Below, piece by piece: positions 8,782-18,285 of a DNA stretch of 64,000 nt (its first letter is position 1; each line of letters begins with the position of its first letter). Under the pieces are notes generated by a model, which had not been told where the DNA came from, did not search any database, and saw nothing but the letters and a program-made list of their open reading frames with translations. The stretch is from an uncultured archaeon (lineage in GTDB: Archaea; Altiarchaeota; Altiarchaeia; JAFGQM01). Position numbers and translations under genes: made by a program. Where the stretch lies: the NCBI GenBank assembly GCA_964391885.1, contig CAYMNU010000010.1:176-64175 (forward strand), given 5' to 3'.

Positions 8782-9180
8782 ATGGGTATTTTGAACTACA
8801 GGATTGACAGGATAGACGGAAAAGTCAGCAAAAGAGGCGCTGATAAGGTAGACGTGAAAGAGGCATTCTCGATAATCGAGGCCAAGAAGAAGACAGACCA
8901 GATGGTAAATGTCAAGTGGGGTTTTGACATAGACTACCAGGGAATCGGCAAGCTTTCGCTTGAGGGCTCGCTCGATTACGTCTCTAAAGATGCCAGCGCC
9001 TCAATCGAGGAAAAAGAGGTCAAGGGCAAGAAGCTTACCGCCCTCAAGGGCGAAGCGCTCAGGGAAGTATCTAATTCCGTGCTCAGGAGGGGCATAATAG
9101 AAGCCATAATCTTGACCAAGACTTTGCAGCTACCTCCCCCCATACAGCTGCCTTCAGTAAGGGTAGAGAAGGACAAATAG
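8782..9180 (+). CDS. Hypothetical 132-aa protein (weak SecB-like C-terminal resemblance)
   Basis: ATG at 8782 is chosen because the longer 8596 ORF overlaps Memo in another frame. C-terminus ...RRGIIEAIILTKTLQLPPPIQLPSV. No firm family. Confidence 0.5.
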   Translation: MGILNYRIDRIDGKVSKRGADKVDVKEAFSIIEAKKKTDQMVNVKWGFDIDYQGIGKLSLEGSLDYVSKDASASIEEKEVKGKKLTALKGEALREVSNSVLRRGIIEAIILTKTLQLPPPIQLPSVRVEKDK

Positions 9181-9195
9181 TCCTTTTCACCCTGC

Positions 9196-9207
9196 TTTTT
9201 TTCTTTT
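9196..9207 (+). terminator. Oligo-T tract (candidate archaeal terminator)
   Basis: TTTTTTTCTTTT lies 16 nt after the stop at 9180. Archaeal RNAP terminates at oligo-dT runs. Confidence 0.3.
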
Positions 9208-9227
9208 AATGCCTTTCTTAATCAAAC

Positions 9228-11108
9228 ATGAAGCTTCTTCTAAATCACGCGGACTCTTTTGACTTTGAAGCCACCCGAAAGGCTATAAAAAGCGCAAAGG
9301 ACCTGATAGATAAAACAGGGACTGCCAAAAACGCATTGGTTGCATTTATAGCAGTCGAAAAATGCGATGAAGGCAAAGAAAGCGCAGTCGCAGAGCGGGC
9401 GGTTTCCGAGATTATGGATGTCTTCGACAAAGTGGGGGCTGAATCCATAGTAGTATATCCTTATGCCCATCTCTCATCAAACCTTTCTTCGCCAGCAGTC
9501 GCCGAGACTGTTTTGGACCTGGTTTATGAAAAACTTAAGGAAGGCAAGGCGAATGTTGTCAAGGCGCCATTCGGATGGTACAAGGCGTTCAGGATAAGCT
9601 GCAAAGGCCACCCTATGGCTGAGCTCAGCAGGGAGATAATAATTGAAGAGATTGAGGAAAAGTCTAAAGAGGAAACCTCGGAAGCCCTTAAGGCAGAAGA
9701 GAAAATGAAATCCTCTTGGAAGATACTCACTCCAGACGGGAAGCTGCACGAGCCCTCAGGCTTTGATTTCTCCAAGCATCCGGGGCTGAAAAAGTTCGCG
9801 GATTATGAGATGCATAAAAACCGTGCGGCTGACAAGGAGCCCCCCCATGTCGAGCTGATGAAACGGCTGGAGCTTGTGGATTATGAGCCTGGCAGCGACC
9901 CGGGCAATCTCAGGTACTACCCAAAAGGCAGGTTCATCAAAAGCCTTCTCGAGGATTATGTAACCGAAGAGGTCAAGAAATACGGGGCGATGGAGATAGA
10001 GGCGCCGATAATGTACGATTTTGAGCACCCTTCGCTGAAAAAGTATCTAAATCGTTTCCCTGCTCGACAATACACTATTCAGACGCCAAACAAGAAGGTG
10101 TTTTTAAGATTCGCCGCATGCTTCGGCCAATTCCTGATGGCGCACGATGCGACCATCTCTTATAAGAATCTGCCGCTGAGGCTTTATGAGATGACTCGCT
10201 ATAGCTTCCGCGTTGAAAAAAGGGGTGAGTTGACAGGCCTGCGAAGGCTCAGGAGCTTCACGATGCCAGACTGCCATGCATTCGTCTCGGATTTTGAGAT
10301 GGCCAAGAAGGAGATGGCTGTTCGTTTCGAGCTGGCTGACCGGATCCTTACTAAGATTGGCATTGATAGGAACAAGGAACTGGAGATGGGCCTCAGGATA
10401 GTAAAGGGATTCTATGACGAGCATAAGGATTTTGTCGCAGACCTCGCCAAAAAGTGGGGTAAGCCCATGCTTGTCGAAATGTGGGATTCAAGGTTCTTCT
10501 ATTTCATGATGAAATATGAATGGAATTTCATCGATGCCCTGAACAAGGCGTCTGCGCTCACAACAGACCAGATAGATGTTGAGAATGCCGAAACCTATGA
10601 CATAAGCTATGTAGCCAGCGATGGCTCTGAGAAAAGGCCGCTTATAATGCACCTCTCGCCCAGCGGGGCGATTGAGCGCGTCATTTATGCGCTTTTGGAA
10701 GGCGCTTATATGAGGTCTCAGGAGGGCGGCCTTGCCGAGCTCCCCTTATGGCTCGCGCCGACGCAGGCAAGGGTTATTCCAGTGAGCGAGAAGAGCAGCG
10801 AATATGCGCGCGCTGTGATGCTTGAACTGACAAAGAATAATATCCGTGCCGATCTCGACGACAGGGACCTGACTTTGGGCAAGAAGATAAGGGAGGCGGG
10901 GCAGGAATGGGTGCCCTATAGCATTGTGGTGGGAGAAGAAGAAGAAAAATCAAAAAGCATCTCGGTTTCAGTAAGGGGTATCAAGGGCCAGTCCCTTATG
11001 TCCACAAAGGACTTGGCTGCCTTGGTGCATGAAAGAACCGCTGGCATGCCCTTCAAGTCTCTCCCTCTTGCAGCAGAGCTTTCAAAGAGGCCGAAATTCG
11101 CGGGATGA
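9228..11108 (+). CDS. thrS: Threonyl-tRNA synthetase, archaeal type with N-terminal editing domain
   Basis: N-terminus MKLLLNHADSFDFEA (archaeal editing-domain start). Class II motif FRVEKRGELTGLRRLRSFTMPDCHAF. 626 aa. Confidence 0.9.
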   Translation: MKLLLNHADSFDFEATRKAIKSAKDLIDKTGTAKNALVAFIAVEKCDEGKESAVAERAVSEIMDVFDKVGAESIVVYPYAHLSSNLSSPAVAETVLDLVYEKLKEGKANVVKAPFGWYKAFRISCKGHPMAELSREIIIEEIEEKSKEETSEALKAEEKMKSSWKILTPDGKLHEPSGFDFSKHPGLKKFADYEMHKNRAADKEPPHVELMKRLELVDYEPGSDPGNLRYYPKGRFIKSLLEDYVTEEVKKYGAMEIEAPIMYDFEHPSLKKYLNRFPARQYTIQTPNKKVFLRFAACFGQFLMAHDATISYKNLPLRLYEMTRYSFRVEKRGELTGLRRLRSFTMPDCHAFVSDFEMAKKEMAVRFELADRILTKIGIDRNKELEMGLRIVKGFYDEHKDFVADLAKKWGKPMLVEMWDSRFFYFMMKYEWNFIDALNKASALTTDQIDVENAETYDISYVASDGSEKRPLIMHLSPSGAIERVIYALLEGAYMRSQEGGLAELPLWLAPTQARVIPVSEKSSEYARAVMLELTKNNIRADLDDRDLTLGKKIREAGQEWVPYSIVVGEEEEKSKSISVSVRGIKGQSLMSTKDLAALVHERTAGMPFKSLPLAAELSKRPKFAG

Positions 11109-12022
11109 CTACGGCAAGCGCGCCTGCCAAGGCGATAATTCTGGGCGAGCATACAGCCCTCTACGGCAACCCTGCTTTGGCCATGGCTTTAGATATTCGT
11201 GCAAGAGTGGCTGTGGCTATGAGGAAGGACGGAAAGGTTTTCCTAAGCGCCCTGGGGCTCGGCATAGATAAGCAGTTAAAGACTCCGGAACGGGGCACGG
11301 AGCTTGTTATGAAGGCAGTAAGCATGGTAGGTGGGGGGTTTGACATAGAGGTCAGCTCAGAAATACCCCTTGCATCCGGGATGGGATCATCTGCGGCAAT
11401 ATCCTGCGCTCTCGTGGCTGCCTTAAGAAAGAAATCGGGCAATAACTCGGACATACGATTAATAGCCGAAGAGGCTACAAAATGCGAAAGTGTAGTCCAC
11501 TCAAAGAGCAGCGGCCTTGACACTTTTGTTTCGGCTTATGGCGGTGTCGGCATATACCACAGTAAAATATTTATGCCTCTTGAGCACCATGAATTTCCCA
11601 ATATAATCATAGCCCACTCGGGAGAATATAGCGAGACCTATGGGCTAGTGCGGCACATAGACTCCCTACGCAGTAGTTCTCCCCAGCTTTTCAAGGACTT
11701 TTTGGAGGCTTCCAGAGATATAGTCTCAGAAGGCGGCGAATGCATCCGATCCTGCAAATGGGAACGGCTCGGAGAGCTGATGTATGAAAACCATTCCCTT
11801 TTAGCTGGTATGGGGGTATCCTCGCCCCGGCTGGACACTCTGGTTGATGCTGCACGCAGCCAGGGCGCAATGGGCGCCAAGCTTTCGGGCGCGGGTCGCG
11901 GCGGAATAATGCTGGCATTAGTTGACAAAAGCAGCGAAGCAGGGGTAAAAGAAGCTTTAAGTAGATTGAATGCCAAAATAATAGAACCCGGAATTTCAAA
12001 GGACGGTGTCAGGCTGGAATGA
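11105..12022 (+). CDS. GHMP kinase, mevalonate-kinase-like paralogue 1
   Basis: APAKAIILGEHTALYG, PLASGMGSSAAISCALVAAL and KLSGAGRGGIMLAL. Sits in the conserved mvk slot upstream of idi2. Confidence 0.7.
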   Translation: MTTASAPAKAIILGEHTALYGNPALAMALDIRARVAVAMRKDGKVFLSALGLGIDKQLKTPERGTELVMKAVSMVGGGFDIEVSSEIPLASGMGSSAAISCALVAALRKKSGNNSDIRLIAEEATKCESVVHSKSSGLDTFVSAYGGVGIYHSKIFMPLEHHEFPNIIIAHSGEYSETYGLVRHIDSLRSSSPQLFKDFLEASRDIVSEGGECIRSCKWERLGELMYENHSLLAGMGVSSPRLDTLVDAARSQGAMGAKLSGAGRGGIMLALVDKSSEAGVKEALSRLNAKIIEPGISKDGVRLE

Positions 12023-13050
12023 AAAACCAAAGGAAAATCGACCACATAAAGATTGCGCTTGAAAAGGATATCGAAGCCGGAAAGAGCGGCTTTGAGGACA
12101 TAGAGCTGGTGCATAACGCGCTACCCGAAACAAGCTTGGATCATATCGAAATCAGGACTGAGTTCCTAGGCAAGAAACTAAAATACCCTTTCCTCATAGA
12201 GGCAATGACCGGCGGCACAGAAGAGGCGATAGCGATAAACGAGGCGCTTGCACATGTTGCCGAGGAAGCGGGCATAGGCATAGCAGTAGGCAGCCAGAGG
12301 CCGGCGATAGAAGACAAAACGCTTGAAGAGAGTTATTCAGTCGTCAGGGAAACGGCGAAGAAAAGCCTTAAGGTAGCAAACCTGGGCGCAGTGCAGCTGA
12401 ACTACGGATACGGCATAACAGAATGCCAGATGGCCGTGGACATGCTCGGTGCAGACGCACTTGCATTGCATTTCAATGCCCTGCAGGAAGTGGTGCAGCC
12501 CGAGGGCAATGTCAATTTCGCAGATCTTCTTCCAAAAATAAAGGACATTTGCGAGGCATTGTCTGTGCCTGTGATAGCCAAGGAAGTGGGCTGCGGAATA
12601 TCAGGAAAAAGCGCTGAAAGGCTCTTGGAAGCGGGCGTCAAATGCATAGACGTTGGAGGCTACGGCGGGACTTCCTGGAACCGCATAGAGGGCTACCGCG
12701 CAGAGGGCGAAAAAAGGGAGATTTCGGAAATATTCGATTCATGGGGCATACCCACTGCAATATCGCTTCTTGAGATTAAGAAGCTTGAATGCCAGAAGAT
12801 AGCCAGCGGAGGGATCAGGGACGGTATAGATGTAGCAAAGAGTTTCGCGCTTGGCGCAGACCTTGCAGGGCTTGCATTACCCCTTTTGAAAGCGCTGGAC
12901 GAGCATGGTGAAGACGGCGTTTACAGTTACATCTGCCAATTGGCGGATGAGCTCAAGGTCGCTATGCTGTTAACCGGCTCAAAAGACCTGGGTGCACTTA
13001 GAAAGGCAGATTACAAGGTCTTTGGAAAAGTCAAAGAGTGGATATCATGA
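12019..13050 (+). CDS. fni: Isopentenyl-diphosphate delta-isomerase, type 2 (FMN-dependent)
   Basis: IDHIKIAL, MTGG, GGYGGTSW and ASGGIRDGIDVAKSFALGADLAG. Confidence 0.85.
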   Translation: MKNQRKIDHIKIALEKDIEAGKSGFEDIELVHNALPETSLDHIEIRTEFLGKKLKYPFLIEAMTGGTEEAIAINEALAHVAEEAGIGIAVGSQRPAIEDKTLEESYSVVRETAKKSLKVANLGAVQLNYGYGITECQMAVDMLGADALALHFNALQEVVQPEGNVNFADLLPKIKDICEALSVPVIAKEVGCGISGKSAERLLEAGVKCIDVGGYGGTSWNRIEGYRAEGEKREISEIFDSWGIPTAISLLEIKKLECQKIASGGIRDGIDVAKSFALGADLAGLALPLLKALDEHGEDGVYSYICQLADELKVAMLLTGSKDLGALRKADYKVFGKVKEWIS

Positions 13051-13089
13051 TTATTGTTTGAAACCAAACGAGGTAATAAAAAAGAAAAT

Positions 13090-14394
13090 ATGGAAATAAA
13101 GGCGGTTGGCGGCTATGAGGGTGTAGGCCGCAACATGACGCTGGTAAGCGTAGACGGCGCCCAGTTGGCGCTTGACTGCGGTATAAAGCTGGATTCCTAC
13201 CTGCTTTACTACGGCGAGTCAGACAAGGATTTTGACGAGATAAGCAATGAGGATTTGCTGAAGGTTGGTGCTATACCGGATTTAAGCCCAAAAGAACCCA
13301 TCGACGCGTTTCTGGTGTCACACGGGCACTTGGATCATATAGGCGCGCTCCACCGGTACATGGATAGATACCCTGCACAAGTGTTTGCGACTCAGTATGC
13401 CGCAGGGCTTATACGCAAGAGGCTGCCCAAAGAGCAGCTGGGAAAGCTGTCCAATGTGAATTATGGGCAAAGGATACAGGTAACGCCCAGGCTCTCTGCA
13501 GAGCTTGTCCAAGTCACACACTCGATACCGCAGGCATCGATGATTGACATACATTCTTCAGAGGGTGATATAGTATATGCATGCGATTATAAGCTGGATG
13601 ACCACTCAAAGATAGCCAAGACAAATTACAAGAGGCTCAAGAGCATAGGGAATCAGGGAGTCAAAGCGCTTATAGTCGAGGCGCTTGATGTTGGGAGAGA
13701 AGGGAAATGCCCCTCAGAGAAAGTGGCCCGGGCTAAAATCAGGGACACCCTCGCATTCGCGCATGAGGAAGGCGGGCTGATGGTGGCTACGACTTTTTCC
13801 ACGCACCTGGAAAGGCTGCAGACACTGATTACAGAAGCTGATAAGCTGGGCAGGAAGATAATAATAGCCGGCAACAGCTACATAGCTAACTGCTCCATGG
13901 GCGAGGAGATGGGCCTGCTTAAACTGCCCGACGGCACCAAGGTCGTGGGCAGGAAGCTGGATTCTGTGTTCTCCAAGATAAACGACAAGAACCGGGACCA
14001 GTACTTTATAATCACCACGGGCCATCAGGGCGAGCCGAAGGCTGTTTTGTCGAGGATTGTGAATAATTCCTTGAAGTTTGACTTCAAGAAGGGCGACTCG
14101 GTGATATTCTCATCGAGCACTATACCCACGGACGTCAACATAGCTAACAAGAGCCAGATGGTCGACAAACTAAGGAACCTGGGAGTGAGGATATATGATG
14201 ATGTTCACGTGTCCGGGCACGCTAACAGAGAGGAGCACAGGAAGCTTGTCAAGATGCTCAATCCCGAGAATATAATACCTGCTCACGGGGACATCAGGAT
14301 GCTTGCAAACTACTTTGACTTTGCTGAGGGCATGGGCTACAGGGCGAACACTGACGTTCACCTCATGAGGAACGGGGACAGCATAAGCCTGTGA
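13090..14394 (+). CDS. rnj: RNase J-like beta-CASP metallo-beta-lactamase ribonuclease
   Basis: VSHGHLDHIGAL (HxHxDH) and HVSGHANREEH. The ATG at 13090 (MEIKAVGGYEGVG) is preferred to the TTG at 13054. Confidence 0.8.
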   Translation: MEIKAVGGYEGVGRNMTLVSVDGAQLALDCGIKLDSYLLYYGESDKDFDEISNEDLLKVGAIPDLSPKEPIDAFLVSHGHLDHIGALHRYMDRYPAQVFATQYAAGLIRKRLPKEQLGKLSNVNYGQRIQVTPRLSAELVQVTHSIPQASMIDIHSSEGDIVYACDYKLDDHSKIAKTNYKRLKSIGNQGVKALIVEALDVGREGKCPSEKVARAKIRDTLAFAHEEGGLMVATTFSTHLERLQTLITEADKLGRKIIIAGNSYIANCSMGEEMGLLKLPDGTKVVGRKLDSVFSKINDKNRDQYFIITTGHQGEPKAVLSRIVNNSLKFDFKKGDSVIFSSSTIPTDVNIANKSQMVDKLRNLGVRIYDDVHVSGHANREEHRKLVKMLNPENIIPAHGDIRMLANYFDFAEGMGYRANTDVHLMRNGDSISL

Positions 14395-14422
14395 GGCCTG
14401 GAATAGCGGTCGCAGAGGGCGA

Positions 14423-14430
14423 TTTAAATA
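14423..14430 (+). promoter_or_regulatory. Candidate TATA box for tRNA-Cys
   Basis: TTTAAATA ends 27 nt upstream of the tRNA 5' end, the typical archaeal spacing. Confidence 0.4.
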
Positions 14431-14456
14431 TAGGATACATCTAAAATAAGCCCTGT

Positions 14457-14527
14457 GCAGGGGTAGCATAGTGGCTATGCAGCCGACTGCAGATCGGCAG
14501 ACGGGGGTTCAATTCCCTCCCCCTGCT
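14457..14527 (+). tRNA. tRNA-Cys (anticodon GCA)
   Basis: Acceptor GCAGGGG/CCCCTGC, anticodon stem GCCGA/TCGGC with loop CTGCAGA, T-loop TTCAATT, followed by an oligo-T run. Confidence 0.85.
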
Positions 14528-14695
14528 TTTTTATGCTTTTTAGTCCCGACTCTAGCATTTTTGGAATCCCCAAGCGTGGTCTAAAATTTAACTATCTAAG
14601 AAAGTTACTTTATTTATCTAGTTTACCTTAATGACCTTTCTAATTAACAAAAGAAAACAGTATACTAGATTAGCTGCTAATCGGAGGTGAAAAGA

Positions 14696-14776
14696 ATGTC
14701 CATGTCAAGACGAGATATTGAACGGAACGCAAGGAAAAAGAAGGCCAAGGAAGCGGCCAAAGCATCCAAGAAGTAA
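14696..14776 (+). CDS. Candidate 26-aa basic micro-protein (MSMSRRDIERNARKKKAKEAAKASKK)
   Basis: Strong SD-like GGAGGTGA lies 6 nt upstream of the ATG. A 10-bp hairpin plus T-run lies downstream. Not in the ORF track (under 60 aa). Confidence 0.3.
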   Translation: MSMSRRDIERNARKKKAKEAAKASKK

Positions 14777-14798
14777 GTCCCCCACATTTCTTTTAATC

Positions 14799-14827
14799 GG
14801 GTGCCGAATACAGCCTTTTCGGTACCC
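14799..14827 (+). terminator. Stem-loop followed by T-rich tract
   Basis: GGGTGCCGAA-tacagcctt-TTCGGTACCC (10 bp, one G.U), then aaaataccttttt. Confidence 0.3.
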
Positions 14828-14940
14828 AAAATACCTTTTTGTCTGGAGATGTGCGTATGCATTTATAGAAAGGTTTTCTTATAGTCCCTTCTAAATACCT
14901 TGGGGTGGCAACTACAATAAGCCTCAAGAATCGCTTTAAA

Positions 14941-15876
14941 ATGACTGGATATGGATTTGGCAAGGTGATACTCTTTGGCGAGCATTTCGTTGTTTACGGC
15001 CTTCCGGGCATAGCCGGAGGCATAAAGAACACGACGCTTGCAGAGATTGAAAAAGCTCCCGAGCCCGGGCTTCATGTAATCGACAACAGGCCCTCGGTCA
15101 AAGGCTACAAAGAGGGCAAGGCATCACAGTTTAAAGACAGCTTGAGTTTTATCAAGGAAGCCATCCCCCAGGTCCCATGGGACGCCCAGGGGGTGACAGT
15201 CACCCTTGGCGGAGACCTTGTGGCAGCTTCGGGCGTGGGCGCGTCCGCAGCTTCATGCGCCGCGATAGCGCGCGCAATAAACGACTTTTTTGGCCTCGCA
15301 TTGAGCGATGAGCAAATAAATCAGATAGCCTATGAGGGCGAGAAAGGCTACCATGGAGACCCCTCAGGGCTTGATAACACATGCGCCACCTATGGCACCC
15401 TAATAACCTTCAGAAGGCTTCCGGAATGCAATGAGATAGATAAGCTCGAGCTAGACAACAGCTGCGAGATCGTCATGGCCAATACAGGCATACCCGTTGA
15501 CACAAAGGCAGTAGTTGCTGGAGTGAAAGAGCGCAAGGAGGCAGAACCAGAAAAGTATTCCAAGATATTCTCAGATTATGAGGAGTGTTATAAAGATGCT
15601 CTCACGGCATTAAAAGGCGGCGATTGGAAGAAGGTTGGACAGCTTATGTCTAAGAACCAAGAGCTGCTCAGGGAGCTGGGTGTAAGCCATCCCAAGCTTG
15701 AAGAGCTTATCGAAGCAGCCATGGCATGCGGTGCCTACGGCGCAAAGCTCACTGGAGGCGGGGCAGGCGGCTACATGGTTGCATTGACCCCTGGCAAAGA
15801 GCTACAGGAAAGAGTGGCTGAAGAGCTCAAAAAAAGGGTTGATATAGTCGTAAAATCTACGGTGGGCGGCAAATAA
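14941..15876 (+). CDS. mvk: Mevalonate kinase (GHMP kinase paralogue 2, more canonical)
   Basis: GFGKVILFGEHFVVYG, AASGVGASAASCAAIARAI, HGDPSGLDN and KLTGGGAGGYMVAL. The ATG at 14941 is preferred to the GTG at 14905. Confidence 0.75.
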   Translation: MTGYGFGKVILFGEHFVVYGLPGIAGGIKNTTLAEIEKAPEPGLHVIDNRPSVKGYKEGKASQFKDSLSFIKEAIPQVPWDAQGVTVTLGGDLVAASGVGASAASCAAIARAINDFFGLALSDEQINQIAYEGEKGYHGDPSGLDNTCATYGTLITFRRLPECNEIDKLELDNSCEIVMANTGIPVDTKAVVAGVKERKEAEPEKYSKIFSDYEECYKDALTALKGGDWKKVGQLMSKNQELLRELGVSHPKLEELIEAAMACGAYGAKLTGGGAGGYMVALTPGKELQERVAEELKKRVDIVVKSTVGGK

Positions 15877-15914
15877 GTAACAAGCTAATACATAACTCAA
15901 ATAACTTATTTAGA

Positions 15915-16370
15915 TTATTGGCAAGTCCCGACTATCTTTTGGGCTCCTGTAAACGTTTTGCCCTTTAGGTTGAACTCTGTGTTGTCATAAACAAAGCTTA
16001 CGGTGTAACCATAGCTAGAATCTGCTTCGCACGAAACCCATTCACCTGAAATAGTTCTCGTCTGGAGGGCGTTTAATGTCACTGGCGTTTCGGTGAAATT
16101 TAATGTATTGCCATTAATAGTGACATTTACCAAGCGTATATCATACTCTTGATTATTCTTAATTACAAGCTCGTCATCACCGATCGATCTCATCGCCCAG
16201 TCTAAAAGGCCTATTTCAGCGGTTTTCCAATAGAGCTTGCTGCTCCGATCTGCGGTCTCCCCGCCGAGGCTGGACAAGTCTATCAAAAGGCTGACTACGA
16301 CCACCGCTATAATAACAACCACAGCTAGTATGACAAGATATTCAGTAGAGGCTTGGGCTTTTTTATCCAT
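15915..16370 (-). CDS. Type IV pilin-like protein (class III signal peptide)
   Basis: MDKKAQASTEYLVILAVVVIIAVVVV N-terminus (Q-x-S-x-E-Y type). Last gene of the pilus operon. ATG at 16370 chosen. Confidence 0.6.
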   Translation of the reverse strand: MDKKAQASTEYLVILAVVVIIAVVVVSLLIDLSSLGGETADRSSKLYWKTAEIGLLDWAMRSIGDDELVIKNNQEYDIRLVNVTINGNTLNFTETPVTLNALQTRTISGEWVSCEADSSYGYTVSFVYDNTEFNLKGKTFTGAQKIVGTCQ

Positions 16371-16417
16371 TGGGCTATTATTACATAATATCTTATAAAA
16401 ACCTTTTTGCGCTGCCC

Positions 16418-17407
16418 TCAGGCAGTGCCTAGGAAAATCCCCAATAGCCAAAGGAATGCATAGAAGAAAATAACCGACATCGGCACAAATGCAATTGCAT
16501 ACTTCAGCCCGTATTTCTCTTTACCGTCAGATATTATCCCTACGAGGAAGCTGGATATAAGTGCAGTTACTGCAACGGTAACAGCAGCCAGAACCTTAAG
16601 CCATTCTGGGTCGATGGAATTTGCCCCTATGAGCATGGAGCTGTCCATGCCTTGGACGCTTTCTATTCCGCCGCCAATATCTGATGTCAGACTTGCCAAT
16701 CGTTCATTGAATATCGAAGATATTGAAAGGAGCAGTGGCGCGCCGATTATTACTGCAAATATCACCATCACAGTATAGGTCCTGCTAGATGCGATTATCT
16801 GCCGTTTGAGCGAGCGGTTTTCGATAAGGTTTGCCGAGCTCTCTTCAAGCAGCCTTGCCAATGAGCCGCCGCTGTCCATACTCCTCACCATCAGCTCTGT
16901 GCTCCTCTGAAGACTTTCGGATTTTATCCTATTAGATATGTCAAGGAGGGAATCTGTGAAGGACTGTGTACCCAATGCCTTTGAGGTGGCTATGTCCAGC
17001 TCGCCCTTCAGCAACCCGAATTCCTTTTTTGACGATGACTTGAGTGCTTGGTATGGCGTCATCCCTGATCGCAGGTAAGATGCAAGGAGTTGATAGAAGC
17101 TTGGAAGGACTTTTTCCACCTCTCTTGCTCGCCGTTCGCCCGAGAATGACGGCAAGAAATAGGCCATCACCTGCATGGCTATTATAAGGCCGGCGTTTGC
17201 TATAAGAACGAGTATTGTATCGCCTGAAAGCCCCAAAATCCAAAGTGCAAGGTTTAGAAGAACTAACGAAATCAGATTAATTGCCAGTATCTTCCCAAGC
17301 CATTCCTCGCCGGAGCTTTCGGAGCCTGCGTAGGACAAGAGCTTGGCAATAGACTTCCGATACCCCTTTGGGTATGCCCTCCCTATCCCTGTAAACAATC
17401 GGTTCAT
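16418..17407 (-). CDS. T2SS-F/TadC/FlaJ-like polytopic membrane protein (second half of platform)
   Basis: Multi-TM with a cytoplasmic helical T2SSF-like domain. ATGA overlap (17404-17407) with the upstream paralogue. Confidence 0.7.
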   Translation of the reverse strand: MNRLFTGIGRAYPKGYRKSIAKLLSYAGSESSGEEWLGKILAINLISLVLLNLALWILGLSGDTILVLIANAGLIIAMQVMAYFLPSFSGERRAREVEKVLPSFYQLLASYLRSGMTPYQALKSSSKKEFGLLKGELDIATSKALGTQSFTDSLLDISNRIKSESLQRSTELMVRSMDSGGSLARLLEESSANLIENRSLKRQIIASSRTYTVMVIFAVIIGAPLLLSISSIFNERLASLTSDIGGGIESVQGMDSSMLIGANSIDPEWLKVLAAVTVAVTALISSFLVGIISDGKEKYGLKYAIAFVPMSVIFFYAFLWLLGIFLGTA

Positions 17408-18285
17408 ACGTGCACCACCGGCCTCCTGCTTTTCACAAAGCCTATTATGACGAGCTGTACAAGGAAGCTCATGCAAACGAAGATTACCAGCATTATTTCA
17501 TTAACGCCTGCTGATGCGAATGCGTTAAGTATTATCATGAGGGTTATTATTATCGTAGGTATGGCAACTGCTGCGAGCATATACACTAAAGTTAATACAT
17601 TGAGCTCATTGGAATATTTTTCAATGTCCGAGCGCTGTTCTGAGACTAGATTTTCAATTAGGCTGCGCAGGACGCCCTCGATGTCTGCCCCGGATTTAGA
17701 CGTGTTGACAATCTGCCAAAGTGCGTTCTGGAAATGCTCGGAGGGCGTGGATATGGCAAGCCACTCTAGAGATTCCTCTAATGAGACTCCGGTATTGACC
17801 TTATCTACGACAATCTTCAAATCCCTGGAAACATAGCCATACTTTCCTTTAGACACAAGGGTCAGGGCAGTGAACATCGGAAGCCCGGAGCTTATCGAAA
17901 GCAGCAAATCCTTCAATGCATACACTAAGTTCTTGTCTATCTGCTCGGAGGACTTGCCGGCGAGGATTTTTGGGTACCTAAGCAGCACTATCAGGAACAT
18001 AGCAAAGACAAGAATACCTGCCATAAGACCTAGAAGCAGAGAGCTTCTCAAAACCAATGTTATCCTGAAAAGCAGCACGAAAATCAGGACGAAAAAGGCA
18101 AGGCCAAAAAGTAGGGCGGATACAACTGCCGACGACCTATAATCATCAGGCTCTATATCAAGGCCTGCACGCATTATATCTGTATCCATGCCCGGGGAGA
18201 GGCTTCTGATGAGCCTTCCAAGACCCCTTAGTCTATGGGAACGCTTCGATTTTTCCAGGGAAAAAAGCATTAAAGGTATTCTCAT
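17404..18285 (-). CDS. T2SS-F/TadB/FlaJ-like polytopic membrane protein (first half of platform)
   Basis: 293 aa, multi-TM. ATGA overlap (18282-18285) with the ATPase gene. Confidence 0.7.
   Translation of the reverse strand: MRIPLMLFSLEKSKRSHRLRGLGRLIRSLSPGMDTDIMRAGLDIEPDDYRSSAVVSALLFGLAFFVLIFVLLFRITLVLRSSLLLGLMAGILVFAMFLIVLLRYPKILAGKSSEQIDKNLVYALKDLLLSISSGLPMFTALTLVSKGKYGYVSRDLKIVVDKVNTGVSLEESLEWLAISTPSEHFQNALWQIVNTSKSGADIEGVLRSLIENLVSEQRSDIEKYSNELNVLTLVYMLAAVAIPTIIITLMIILNAFASAGVNEIMLVIFVCMSFLVQLVIIGFVKSRRPVVHV

Noticed and set aside
14677-15075. Minus-strand ORFs 14677..14862 (61 aa) and 14863..15075 (70 aa)
   Set aside because: The first is antisense to a better-signalled micro-ORF and its terminator. 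The second is antisense to the mvk 5' end. Neither resembles a known protein.
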